Shown here: one piece after another, positions 9,959-19,100 of the stretch | How positions within the stretch are numbered: the stretch's first letter is position 1 | Layout of the letters: each line of letters starts with the position of its first letter | NCBI GenBank assembly: GCA_965224465.1 | Contig: OZ245049.1 | Coordinates: 3,480,001-3,512,000 of the forward strand | Direction: 5' to 3' | Origin: Flavobacteriaceae bacterium | GTDB lineage: Bacteria; Bacteroidota; Bacteroidia; Flavobacteriales; Flavobacteriaceae | Length of the DNA: 32,000 nt | The notes under the pieces: generated by a model | The model's input: only the letters and a program-made list of their open reading frames with translations | Database searches by the model: none | What the model was told of the DNA's origin: nothing | Translations under genes and position numbers: made by a program

Positions 9959-11779
9959 ATGTTAGAACTGGCAGGAATTATTATTTTAGGAATCGTAGCA
10001 CAATGGTTTGCATGGCGTTTTAAGTTGCCTGCTATTTTACCCCTTATTTTAATTGGATTATTTGTAGGCCCTATCGCTACTCTTATTACAGAAGATGGTA
10101 CAAAATGGATACAGCCTGTATGGAATGGAACACATGGATTATTTCCTGGGGAACGTCTGTATAATTTTGTATCCTTGTCTATAAGTATTATTTTATTTGA
10201 AGGAGGATTGACGCTTAAACGCAACGAAATTTTAAATGTAGGACCTGCTATTGTAAAACTTATATCACTTGGCTCCTTGGTGACTTTCTTAGGAGCAGGA
10301 GTTGCAGTGTATTATATTTTTGGATTGAGCTGGGAAATATCCTTTCTTTTTTCGGCATTAATTATAGTGACAGGACCTACTGTAATAGCACCAATATTAA
10401 GAAATATACCCTTAAAAAAAGATGTTTCTGCAGTTCTTAAATGGGAAGGAATATTAATTGATCCCATTGGCGCATTAGTATCAGTATTGGTTTTTGGATT
10501 TATCGTGTCTGGAGAGGGACATAATTATACAGCAGAAGCACTGATAGAATTTGGGAAGATTATGATTATCGGTTTTTCTATTGGGTTTACCGCTGCGTAT
10601 GCATTGTTTTATGCTATAAAAAATAAAATTATTCCTCATTATTTATTGAATGTATTGGTGCTGGCAAGTGTATTGGCGGTATTTGTGATTTCTGATTTAT
10701 TTGCTCATGAATCTGGCTTACTTGCCGTAGTGGTTATGGGGATGGTTCTAGGGAATAAGGAAATGAGAGAACTTAAAGAAATTTTATTTTTCAAAGAATC
10801 TTTAACCTTAATATTAATCTCGATCCTATTTATTTTATTATCTGCCAATATTAATATCTCGGATTTATTGCTTTTGTATAATTGGAAAACGCTATGGCTG
10901 TTTCTAACCGTAGTTTTTGTATTGCGACCACTGAGCGTGTTTTTGAGTACAAGAAATTCAGGATTACAATTCAACGAAAAACTGTTTATCAGCTGGGTAG
11001 GCCCAAGAGGAATTGTAGCCGCTGGTATTGCCTCGCTTTTCGGACTAAAATTGGTGATGCAAAAAGTGCCAGGAGCAGAATATATAACGCCACTAGTCTT
11101 TATGATTGTGTTGGGTACAGTCTTATTAAATGCAACTACAGCACGTATGTTTGCGAAAATTGTAGGTGTGTTTTTAAAATCATCAAATGGTATTTTAATT
11201 GTGGGCGCCTCTGCTTTTTCTAGAATTATAGCCAAGTATTTGGCAGAGAATGGTCGAAGAGTAATATTGATTGATAACAATGCCATGCATATTTCAAAAG
11301 CAAAAGACGAAGGCTTGGAGGCGATAGAATCAAATATTTACACGGACGATTTGACAGAAAATATTGAGTTGAATGATGTTGGTTATCTGTTAGCATTTAC
11401 GGGGAGTACTTCTGTAAATAAATTTGCATTGGAAAAATTATCCCCTAGTTTTGGAGAAAAAGGTGCTTGCCGATTGATCTCAGAAGATGAAATGAATCAC
11501 AAAGAAGAAATTCCTACTTCGGGTATATTTTCTAATACAGATGATTTTTTGAATTTGAGTGAAATTGTACGGGATTTTCCAACTGTAAATGAAGTTGTAC
11601 TAAAGTCTAACGTTGATTATAAAAATATATTAAAAAAAGTAAATGACGAGTCACATACAGTGCCATTATTTGTAAAAGATCATGCAGGATTTATGCATTT
11701 AATTGCAGGGAATGAAGCAATAGAAATAGAAGAAGGATTCAAGATGATGTATCTTGGAAAGCCTTTAAAATTAGTGTAG
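9959..11779 (+). CDS. CPA1-family cation:proton antiporter with a C-terminal cytoplasmic RCK/TrkA-N-like domain
   Basis: About 400 aa of TM helices with Na+/H+ exchanger motifs (FEGGL, VTGPTVI, WVGPRGIVAAG). Then a soluble domain beginning with the Rossmann-like ILIVGASAFSRIIAKYLAENGRRVILID. Confidence 0.85.
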   Translation: MLELAGIIILGIVAQWFAWRFKLPAILPLILIGLFVGPIATLITEDGTKWIQPVWNGTHGLFPGERLYNFVSLSISIILFEGGLTLKRNEILNVGPAIVKLISLGSLVTFLGAGVAVYYIFGLSWEISFLFSALIIVTGPTVIAPILRNIPLKKDVSAVLKWEGILIDPIGALVSVLVFGFIVSGEGHNYTAEALIEFGKIMIIGFSIGFTAAYALFYAIKNKIIPHYLLNVLVLASVLAVFVISDLFAHESGLLAVVVMGMVLGNKEMRELKEILFFKESLTLILISILFILLSANINISDLLLLYNWKTLWLFLTVVFVLRPLSVFLSTRNSGLQFNEKLFISWVGPRGIVAAGIASLFGLKLVMQKVPGAEYITPLVFMIVLGTVLLNATTARMFAKIVGVFLKSSNGILIVGASAFSRIIAKYLAENGRRVILIDNNAMHISKAKDEGLEAIESNIYTDDLTENIELNDVGYLLAFTGSTSVNKFALEKLSPSFGEKGACRLISEDEMNHKEEIPTSGIFSNTDDFLNLSEIVRDFPTVNEVVLKSNVDYKNILKKVNDESHTVPLFVKDHAGFMHLIAGNEAIEIEEGFKMMYLGKPLKLV

Positions 11780-11867
11780 TGCTTGTTTTGAGGCTGTTTT
11801 TAGGGGAACCATCTTTTTAACTATCTTTGAGGGAACTAACAAAGGGAGACCTTAAAACCAATTAATT

Positions 11868-12494
11868 TTGAACATAAAAAAAATATTTCAAAATAACGAG
11901 CAATGGATTTCGGAGCGGATAAAAAAAGATGAAAACTTTTTCAAGAATTTATCCAAAGGTCAAAATCCAGAAGTACTGTACATTGGCTGTTCGGACAGCA
12001 GGGTAAGTACAGAGGAAATGATGGGGGCAGAACCAGGAGAAGTCTTTATTCATAGAAATATAGCCAATATGGTTCCAAACACTGATCTAAGTGCTATGTC
12101 TGTGATTAATTATGCAGTCTGTCATTTAAAAGTAAAACATATTGTAGTCTGTGGACATTATTATTGTGGGGGTGTAAAATCCGCCATGCAATCGGAGGAT
12201 TTAGGTATTTTAAACCCTTGGCTACGTAATATTAGAGATGTTTATAGATTGTATCGGGAGGAGTTGGATCAAATAGATGACGAGGAAGATCGGTATAAAA
12301 GATTGGTAGAACTCAATGTAATAGAACAATGTATGAATGTTATTAAAACGGCAGATGTTCAACAGGCTTTTCGAGAACGACAAATAAAAGTACACGGATG
12401 GGTGTTTGATATTCATTCTGGAAAATTAATTGACCTAAAAGTAGATTTTGCCGAGATGCTAAAAGATATCATGAAAATTTATCACCTGAGTTAA
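11868..12494 (+). CDS. Beta-class carbonic anhydrase
   Basis: Zinc ligand motifs CSDSRV and HxxCGG (VCGHYYCGGV). The conserved N-terminal FF..L..GQ.P block lies upstream of the first ATG, and a TAA stop at 11853 closes the frame. The TTG at 11868 is therefore the most plausible start. Confidence 0.9.
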   Translation: MNIKKIFQNNEQWISERIKKDENFFKNLSKGQNPEVLYIGCSDSRVSTEEMMGAEPGEVFIHRNIANMVPNTDLSAMSVINYAVCHLKVKHIVVCGHYYCGGVKSAMQSEDLGILNPWLRNIRDVYRLYREELDQIDDEEDRYKRLVELNVIEQCMNVIKTADVQQAFRERQIKVHGWVFDIHSGKLIDLKVDFAEMLKDIMKIYHLS

Positions 12495-12546
12495 GGTCTT
12501 GATTTTTTTTGGTATGCTTCTTGAAATGGAGTTAAAAAAACAAACT

Positions 12547-13257
12547 ATGAAAATTAATAATATGGTATTGGTACTAATGGTGAGTGTGTTTTTTTCCTGT
12601 GCTTGCACTAAGAAATCAACGGTTCAGGAAAAGGATGATGTATTTACTTATTGGGTGTCAGGAAGTAAAGAGCCTTGCCAAGGAATGGTTCCTATGGAAT
12701 GTATGATGGTGAAAAAAGGTGCGGATTTTGAAAAACATGAATGGACATATTTTTATGATGCTATTGATGGATTTAATTATACGCCTGGGTTTACCTATAA
12801 ATTAAGAGTAAAAGAGGAGCACATTCCTATAGACCAAGTTCCTGCAGATGCATCTTCTATTAGATATACCTTAGTAGAATTGCTTGAAAAAAACATAGAT
12901 ATGAAAGGAGTATACGCTACTGGATTACACGATATATGGGCTTTAGAAAAACTAGGAAACGTAGCTGTTTCTAAAAAGAATACGAGGCAACCTGATATAG
13001 AAATAAACTTGACAAAAAACAAGTTTTATGGAAATGATGGATGTAATAATATTATGGGAGGTATAAAGTTAGTGGATTCCAGGAGGTTAGAATTTGGAGG
13101 CGTAGGGAGTACCAAAATGGCATGTCCAAATATGGAAGACTCGTATGCGTTTACGCAAGGCTTGGAGAAAACAAAAACATATAAAATTGAGAACCTAAAA
13201 TTATATTTGTTTGACGCAAATGGCGGGTTGCTATTGCAGTTTAGAAAAGTAGATTAA
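12547..13257 (+). CDS. Lipoprotein with DUF4377-like N-terminal half and META (HslJ-like) C-terminal domain
   Basis: The ORF track starts at 12499. The ATG at 12547 gives a typical lipoprotein signal peptide MKINNMVLVLMVSVFFSC. The C-terminal half has the META pattern (W.L........... F.GNDGCNN..G.........L.F........MAC). Confidence 0.7.
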   Translation: MKINNMVLVLMVSVFFSCACTKKSTVQEKDDVFTYWVSGSKEPCQGMVPMECMMVKKGADFEKHEWTYFYDAIDGFNYTPGFTYKLRVKEEHIPIDQVPADASSIRYTLVELLEKNIDMKGVYATGLHDIWALEKLGNVAVSKKNTRQPDIEINLTKNKFYGNDGCNNIMGGIKLVDSRRLEFGGVGSTKMACPNMEDSYAFTQGLEKTKTYKIENLKLYLFDANGGLLLQFRKVD

Positions 13258-13280
13258 ACAAGTAGAAAAATATATTTTAA

Positions 13281-13316
13281 AAAGCGTTTTCAATATATTT
13301 GAGAACGCTTTTTTTT
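13281..13316. terminator. Bidirectional terminator between convergent genes
   Basis: AAAGCGTTTTC-aatatattt-GAGAACGCTTTTTTTT. A-run on one side and T-run on the other. Confidence 0.6.
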
Positions 13317-13341
13317 GTAAACTTACGCTTTAGAAGAAATG

Positions 13342-14229
13342 TTATTTTTCAATAATTTCAATAGAATAGCTTGCGTTAAAAGTATTGTTTGCCTCTAAAG
13401 TCAATAGTCCTTCTTTGTCTTCAAATTTTCCATTGCCATTTTCAGCATCTGTTATTCCTAACCATGGTTCAATACATACAAAAGGAGCATTGGGTTTTGC
13501 CCAAATACCAAGGTATTTAAAATCGTCAAATGCAACTCGGATTTCTTGTGTGTTCTTTACATTTTTTAAGGTAACGGTGCTAGACTTTAACTGCTTAAAA
13601 ATCAAGGCATCATTATCAAAAATATGTGGTGTTAGGTTCAGCTGCTTTGTGTTGAATAGCATTCCGTGAGTGTCTCCAGTTGTAAAGCCTGTGTCTGTTA
13701 ATTCGTGGGTAACATCGGTTTCTGCTTGGTCAAATTCAATAAAATAATCGCTGTAATATTCACCATCATTCAAAGGACAATTAAATGCAGGGTGTGCTCC
13801 TAAAGAGAATAACATCTGGTCATCCCCATTGTTTTTTACCGTATGGTGTACGTTTAGAGTAGTGCCTTCTATGCTGTAAGTGATGCTGAATTCAAACTCA
13901 AAAGGATAAATGGATAAGGTTTCTTTAGAGGAAGTATAGCCCAGAGTTACCGAGGTGTCTGTTTTTTCTATTACTTTTAAAGACATGTTATGGCGTATAA
14001 AACCATGTTTAGGAATGTTGTACGTGACGTCTTTGTAAGTGTACTTTCCTTCCTTTAAAGCACCAATAATTGGAAACAATACAGGTGCTGAGCTTCCCCA
14101 GATAGCCCTGTCTGCTTGCCAAATATATTCTTGTTCGGATTTCTTAGATTTTATACTGCATATTTCTGCTCCTTTGTGCTGGATGCATACCGTTAGTTGG
14201 TTGTTTTCTAATTGATGTATTGTTGTCAT
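13342..14229 (-). CDS. Aldose 1-epimerase (galactose mutarotase-like) family protein
   Basis: 295 aa, all-beta pattern. Family motifs: LFPIIG..K, HGF.R, GAHPAF, and a C-terminal acidic residue in IEPW.G. Confidence 0.8.
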   Translation of the reverse strand: MTTIHQLENNQLTVCIQHKGAEICSIKSKKSEQEYIWQADRAIWGSSAPVLFPIIGALKEGKYTYKDVTYNIPKHGFIRHNMSLKVIEKTDTSVTLGYTSSKETLSIYPFEFEFSITYSIEGTTLNVHHTVKNNGDDQMLFSLGAHPAFNCPLNDGEYYSDYFIEFDQAETDVTHELTDTGFTTGDTHGMLFNTKQLNLTPHIFDNDALIFKQLKSSTVTLKNVKNTQEIRVAFDDFKYLGIWAKPNAPFVCIEPWLGITDAENGNGKFEDKEGLLTLEANNTFNASYSIEIIEK

Positions 14230-14446
14230 TCCTTAAAATTCTTTAGATGGTAAAAATAAGATTTTAGCTGCAATTATGAGTGTAATAATTGGTTTCACTT
14301 GCGATATCGTTTGATTGGTGTTTGCTGCTAAAATCAAAAGGACTTAACAACCTAATACATTATAAGCCAATAATGATACATATTTATGAATTACATTTGT
14401 CTATTAAAAATAAGTTTTACCTTTCATACTCTTAAATAAATATCAA

Positions 14447-15658
14447 ATGACAATAGGTGTAGGTGGCTCAACGGCCGAAATAGAGTTAGCGAAAATATCA
14501 GATATGACTGTAGGTGTACAGCCTATAAAAAAAGAAGAATACCAACAACGTATAGAAAAGGCTGCGCGTTTAATGCAAGCGCAAAACATTGTTGCAACCT
14601 ATATAAATGCAGGAACCAATCTGTATTATTTTACGGGTACAAAATGGAATGCATCTGAACGAATGGTAGGTGCCATTTTAACTCAAAAAGGCGAGTTGGA
14701 ATACATTGTTCCCAAGTTTGAAGATGGAACTTTTTTAAAATACAGATTGATAGAAGGTGATTTAAATTGCTGGGAAGAGCACGAAAGTCCCTATGCTTTA
14801 GTAGGTGCTATTTTAAAAGAAAAAGGACTTGCAAATGGAACTGTTGCTATTGACGAGTCGGCGAACTTTTTCTTAGCGGATGGCTTGGTTAAAGAAAATA
14901 CGGACTACACCTTTGTAAGTGCCGAACCCATAACTGCTGGTTGTCGCATGCAAAAATCAGAAAACGAGATCGCTATTATTCAACGTGCTAAGGACATGAC
15001 TATATTGGTGCAAAAAGCAGCTGCAAAAATTATGCGTGTTGGTATTTCGGTAAAAGAAGTAGAAACATTTATTCACCAAGCGCATATAAAAGCAGGCGCG
15101 AAGGAAGGTTCTTTTTTTGTAATTGTGTTGTTTGGTGAGGATTCTCAATTTCCTCATGGCGTGAGTGTCGCGAAAGATTTAGAAGAAAACGAAATTGTAT
15201 TGGTTGATACGGGTTGTAAACTAGAAGGCTACTTGTCTGATATTACAAGAACCTACGTGTATGGCACACCAAGCGCAAGACATACCGAAATTTGGAATTT
15301 AGAAAAAGCCACGCAATTGGCTGCTTTTAATGCGGCACAAATGGGTGCTACTTGTGGTGCTGTAGATGACGCTGCTAGAAAAGTATTGGCAGATAATGGA
15401 TTGAGCCCAGATTATGATTTACCAGGATTACCACATAGAGTAGGGCATGGAACAGGATTGGATATCCACGAATTTCCGTATTTACTGCGAGGGAATAAAA
15501 CAGTTTTAAAAGAAGGAATGGTTTTGAGTAACGAACCTATGATTTGTATGCCAGGAGAATTTGGAATTCGCCACGAAGATCATTTTTATATGACGGAAAC
15601 AGGCCCTAAATGGTTTACACAGCCAATGAAATCCATAGAGAATCCTTTTGATTTGTAA
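14447..15658 (+). CDS. M24-family metallopeptidase (Xaa-Pro dipeptidase/aminopeptidase, creatinase-like N domain)
   Basis: Pita-bread metal ligands in the expected order: D in LVDTGC, D in YLSDITRT, H in HRVGHGTGLDIHE, E in SNEP, E in IRHED. Confidence 0.9.
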   Translation: MTIGVGGSTAEIELAKISDMTVGVQPIKKEEYQQRIEKAARLMQAQNIVATYINAGTNLYYFTGTKWNASERMVGAILTQKGELEYIVPKFEDGTFLKYRLIEGDLNCWEEHESPYALVGAILKEKGLANGTVAIDESANFFLADGLVKENTDYTFVSAEPITAGCRMQKSENEIAIIQRAKDMTILVQKAAAKIMRVGISVKEVETFIHQAHIKAGAKEGSFFVIVLFGEDSQFPHGVSVAKDLEENEIVLVDTGCKLEGYLSDITRTYVYGTPSARHTEIWNLEKATQLAAFNAAQMGATCGAVDDAARKVLADNGLSPDYDLPGLPHRVGHGTGLDIHEFPYLLRGNKTVLKEGMVLSNEPMICMPGEFGIRHEDHFYMTETGPKWFTQPMKSIENPFDL

Positions 15659-15682
15659 TTAAAAGAATACGATTGATTTTAA

Positions 15683-15716
15683 AAACACGCTTCCCCAAAA
15701 GGAGCGTGTTTTTTTA
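15683..15716 (+). terminator. Rho-independent terminator after the M24 peptidase gene
   Basis: AACACGCTTCC-ccaaaa-GGAGCGTGTT followed by T7. Confidence 0.75.
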
Positions 15717-15790
15717 TTTAGAATTAGCTAAAGGAATTGGTTTGTCCGAAATAATGTGAGCAGCATAGAATACTATCGGATTGTTGTATA

Positions 15791-15947
15791 CTGCCAAATA
15801 CATTAGCAAGTGACGGTTTAGAAATGGAATTATTTTTTGTTCTAGCTAGGTAGAAATTCTAAGGATAGCCTTAGCTGTCGTTCTATTTTTCAATAACGCT
15901 AGAACGTAAAAGAAACTATTTATATCGGTCATTTAGGATTGTAATTG
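15791..15947 (-). repeat. Dispersed MITE-like repeat, copy A (inverted orientation, long form)
   Basis: The reverse complement reads caattacaatCCTAAATGACCGATATAAATAGTTTcTTTTACGTTCTAG...CTAGAACAAAAAATAATTCCATTTCTAAACCGTCACTTGctAATGTATTTGG. It aligns by eye along its whole length with copies at 20151, 24912 and 26021. Confidence 0.75.
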
Positions 15948-16479
15948 TTATAAAGGGGGTTTTGTGATTAGAAAACAGAATAAGAGTCTTCCTTGTTTTT
16001 TGCTATGGAAAAACTAATTTGTACCTGTGGTAGTTGGGTCAGACTTTTTTTGAATGATACAATGTTGCTTTTCGGAGCGTCTCCCGATACGCTTCAAAAA
16101 AGTTACTATAGTAATAAATAGGGAGTCAGGAATAAAAAAAGAAATACAATCTTTTTAAGGATGAGTTTATTGTGGTTTTGCCCTTTTCTAGTCGTTAAAA
16201 ACGATTAAAAATGTGTATTTATTTTTGATTTGTATTTTTCTAAGTATTGTAGGTGTTGAGCTAACGATTTTTAAGTATCAAAAAAAACAAAATCAATATT
16301 ACCAAGTAATATCTGTATTTTAAATACGGTAACTAGATAAACAAAAAATACAGGAAAATTAAAGTTTTAAAAAAAACTTAAGTATATTTGAAAGGCACAT
16401 AGAAGAGATAAACGTCTAAAAACGAGTAGCCAATGCTGCATTTCAGGCAAAATGGATTACGGATATGTGGGGGTTACAA

Positions 16480-16742
16480 ACAGAATGCTCCTTTGGAGTA
16501 AATAAAAGTCCCAGAGGGACAAACTGTTCGTAGCAAATGAACAAGTAATAAAACAATAACAATAATAATCCCAGAGGGATGACCTATCGGGAGAAAAACA
16601 TATACAGATTATTCTACTGGAGTAAATTAAGAAGAAGTCCCAGAGGGACAAACTGTTTGTAGCAATCGAACAATTGAACAAACGAACGAACAAGTAATAA
16701 AATAATAATAATCCCATAGGGATGACCTGTTAAATTAACAAA
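16480..16742 (+). repeat. Two tandem REP-like modules immediately upstream of the transposase gene
   Basis: Each module consists of CT(C/A)C(T)TTGGAG / CTGGAG, then GTCCC-AGA-GGGAC (16508-16520, 16637-16649), then ACAAACTGTT(C/T)GTAGC, an A-rich spacer, and ATCCC-A(G/T)A-GGGAT (16568-16580, 16711-16723). Confidence 0.8.
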
Positions 16743-17207
16743 ATGGCTAATACATACACGCAAATATACATTCAAATTGTTTTTACGGTAAAAGGCAGGC
16801 AAAACCTAATTTCCCGAAAAAATCGTGAAGAATTACATAAATACATCACAGGTATTATCGGCATACGGAACCAAAAATTACTGGCCATATTTGCAATGCC
16901 AGATCATATTCATTTATTGGTTGGATTAAAACCTAATATTTCAATTTCAGATTTGGTTAGAGATATAAAAGCAGGTTCATCAAAATTTATTTCAGATAAT
17001 AATTGGGTAAATGGAAAATTTAGTTGGCAAGAAGGATTTGGAGCATTTTCATATTCAAAAAGTCAAATAGACACTGTTGTGAAATATATTATGACCCAAG
17101 AAGAACATCATAAAACAAAAACATTCAAAGAAGAATATTTAGATTTTTTAAAGAGATTTGATATTGATTATAATGAAAAATATTTATTTGATTGGATAGA
17201 TGAGTAG
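16743..17207 (+). CDS. IS200/IS605-superfamily Y1 (HUH) transposase-like protein, REP-associated (RAYT-like)
   Basis: 154 aa. N-terminal Y.QIYIQIVF.VKGR block. HUH motif H55-I-H57 in PDHIHLLV. WQEGFGAFS block. Tyr115 in the VKYI..Q..HH motif. REP-like hairpin clusters lie on both sides. Confidence 0.88.
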   Translation: MANTYTQIYIQIVFTVKGRQNLISRKNREELHKYITGIIGIRNQKLLAIFAMPDHIHLLVGLKPNISISDLVRDIKAGSSKFISDNNWVNGKFSWQEGFGAFSYSKSQIDTVVKYIMTQEEHHKTKTFKEEYLDFLKRFDIDYNEKYLFDWIDE

Positions 17208-17413
17208 AATCAATTAACAGGTCACACCTATGGTGTTATAATAATATTTGCACCTATGGTGCTACAAACAGTATTGCTCCTCTGGAGCATACAGCAAGGG
17301 CTAAATTTGAGCCACACAATCCGAACAAATATTAGAAAACAGTTTGCTTCCTTAATTACAAAATCTGGAGCAAATAAGAGTAGAAGTCCCAGAGGGACAA
17401 ACTGTTTGTAGCT

Positions 17414-17545
17414 GTTGTGAAATATATTTTGGACCAAGAAGAACATCATAAAACAAAAACATTCAAAGAAGAATATTTAGATTTTTTAAAGAGATTTGAT
17501 ATTGATTATAATGAAAAATATTTATTTGATTGGATAGATGAGTAG
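17414..17545 (+). pseudogene. RAYT 3' cassette 1 (codons 112-154 plus stop), allele ILDQ/EEY/KRF/DE
   Basis: 132 nt, open frame VVKYILDQEEHHKTKTFKEEYLDFLKRFDIDYNEKYLFDWIDE*. Differs from the intact gene only at ATGACC>TTGGAC. Confidence 0.9.
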
Positions 17546-17750
17546 AATCAATTAACAGGTCACACCTATGGTGTTATAATAATATTTGCACCTATGGTGC
17601 TACAAACAGTATTGCTCCTCTGGAGCATACAGCAAGGGATAAATTAGAACCACACAATCCGAACAAATATTAGAAAATAGCTTGCTTCTTAATTACAGAA
17701 TCTGGAGCAAATAAGAGTAGAAGTCCCAGAGGGACAAACTGTTTGTAGCT

Positions 17751-17882
17751 GTTGTGAAATATATTTTGGACCAAGAAGAACATCATAAAACAAAAACATT
17801 CAAAGAAGAATATTTAGATTTTTTAAAGAGATTTGATATTGATTATAATGAAAAATATTTATTTGATTGGATAGATGGGTAG
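17751..17882 (+). pseudogene. RAYT 3' cassette 2, allele ILDQ/EEY/KRF/DG
   Basis: 132 nt, open frame. TTGGAC, and the terminal GAG>GGG. Confidence 0.9.
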
Positions 17883-18088
17883 AAACAATTAACAGTTGAC
17901 ACCTATGGTGTTAGAATAATATTTGCACCTATGGTGCTACAAACAGTATTGCTCCTCTGGAGCATACAGTAAAGAATAAATTATAACCACATAATCCTAA
18001 CAAATATTAGGAATTAGTTTGCTTTCTTAATTACAGAATCTGGAGCAAATAAGAGTAGAAGTCCCAGAGGGACAAACTGTTTGTAGCT

Positions 18089-18220
18089 GTTGTGAAATAT
18101 ATTATGACCCAAGAAGAACATCATAAAACAAAAACATTCAAAGAAGATTATTTAGATTTTTTAAAGAAATTTGATATTGATTATAATGAAAAATATTTAT
18201 TTGATTGGATAGATGGGTAG
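18089..18220 (+). pseudogene. RAYT 3' cassette 3, allele IMTQ/EDY/KKF/DG
   Basis: 132 nt, open frame. Keeps ATGACC as in the intact gene but has GAA>GAT, AGA>AAA and GAG>GGG. Confidence 0.9.
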
Positions 18221-18425
18221 AAACAATTAACAGTTGACACCTATGGTGTTATAATAATATTTGCACCTATGGTGTTACAAACAGTATTGCTCCTCTGGAG
18301 CATACAGCAAGGGATAAATTAGAACCACACAATCCGAACAAATATTAGAAAATAGCTTGCTTCTTAATTACAGAATCTGGAGCAAATAAGAGTAGAAGTC
18401 CCAGAGGGACAAACTGTTTGTAGCT

Positions 18426-18557
18426 GTTGTGAAATATATTTTGGGCCAAGAAGAACATCATAAAACAAAAACATTCAAAGAAGAATATTTAGATTTTTTA
18501 AAGAGATTTGATATTGATTATAATGAAAAATATTTATTTGATTGGATAGATGAGTAG
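18426..18557 (+). pseudogene. RAYT 3' cassette 4, allele ILGQ/EEY/KRF/DE
   Basis: 132 nt, open frame. TTGGGC at codons 117-118. Confidence 0.9.
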
Positions 18558-18763
18558 AATCAATTAACAGGTCACACCTATGGTGTTATAATAATATTTG
18601 CACCTATGGTGCTACAAACAGTATTGCTCCTCTGGAGCATACAGCAAGGGCTAAATTTGAGCCACACAATCCGAACAAATATTAGAAAACAGGTTGCTTC
18701 CTTAATTACAAAATCTGGAGTAAATAAGAGTAGAAGTCCTAGAGGGACAAACTGTTTGTAGCT

Positions 18764-18895
18764 GTTGTGAAATATATTTTGGACCAAGAAGAACATCATA
18801 AAACAAAAACATTCAAAGAAGAATATTTAGATTTTTTAAAGAGATTTGATATTGATTATAATGAAAAATATTTATTTGATTGGATAGATGAGTAG
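18764..18895 (+). pseudogene. RAYT 3' cassette 5, identical allele to cassette 1
   Basis: 132 nt, identical by eye to 17414-17545. Confidence 0.9.
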
Positions 18896-19100
18896 AATCA
18901 ATTAACAGGTCACACCTATGGTGTTATAATAATATTTGCACCTATGGTGTTACAAACAGTATTGCTCCTCTGGAGCATACAGCAAGGGATAAATTAGAAC
19001 CACACAATCCGAACAAATATTAGAAAATAGCTTGCTTCTTAATTACAGAATCTGGAGCAAATAAGAGTAGAAGTCCCAGAGGGACAAACTGTTTGTAGCT

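Noticed and set aside
10705-11286. 193-aa reverse ORF and other antisense or shadow ORFs: 180-431, 1114-1422, 1993-2208, 2711-3004, 4048-4254, 5072-5284, 9095-9454, 9934-10224, 10882-11223, 12222-12416, 12795-13022, 13385-13669, 14957-15157, 21855-22079, 23447-23692, 25367-25549, 26401-26610, 27032-27472, 28096-28305, 29620-29886, 30575-30874 and 31466-31726
   Set aside because: Each lies wholly inside a longer ORF on the other strand or in another frame, and that longer ORF carries clear family motifs. The shadow ORFs have no motifs of their own. These are typical shadow ORFs.
12499-12546. Upstream ATG (12499) as the start of the META/DUF4377 protein
   Set aside because: It would add 16 residues (MIFFGMLLEMELKKQT) in front of a canonical lipoprotein signal peptide that begins at the ATG at 12547, and it starts only 5 nt after the carbonic anhydrase stop. 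The start at 12547 is preferred, but this is not proven.
16457-16802. Reverse-strand ORFs of 86 aa (16457-16717) and 62 aa (16614-16802)
   Set aside because: They are translations of the REP-like hairpin modules (recurrent ...SLWDF.../...PLGLL... strings), low in complexity, and one overlaps the start of the RAYT gene. They are artefacts of repeats lacking stop codons.
17228-18799. Two near-identical 73-aa reverse ORFs (17228-17449 and 18578-18799)
   Set aside because: They lie antisense across the hairpin part of units 1 and 5. The equivalent frames in the other six units are interrupted. Their identity simply reflects the 1350-bp higher-order repeat.
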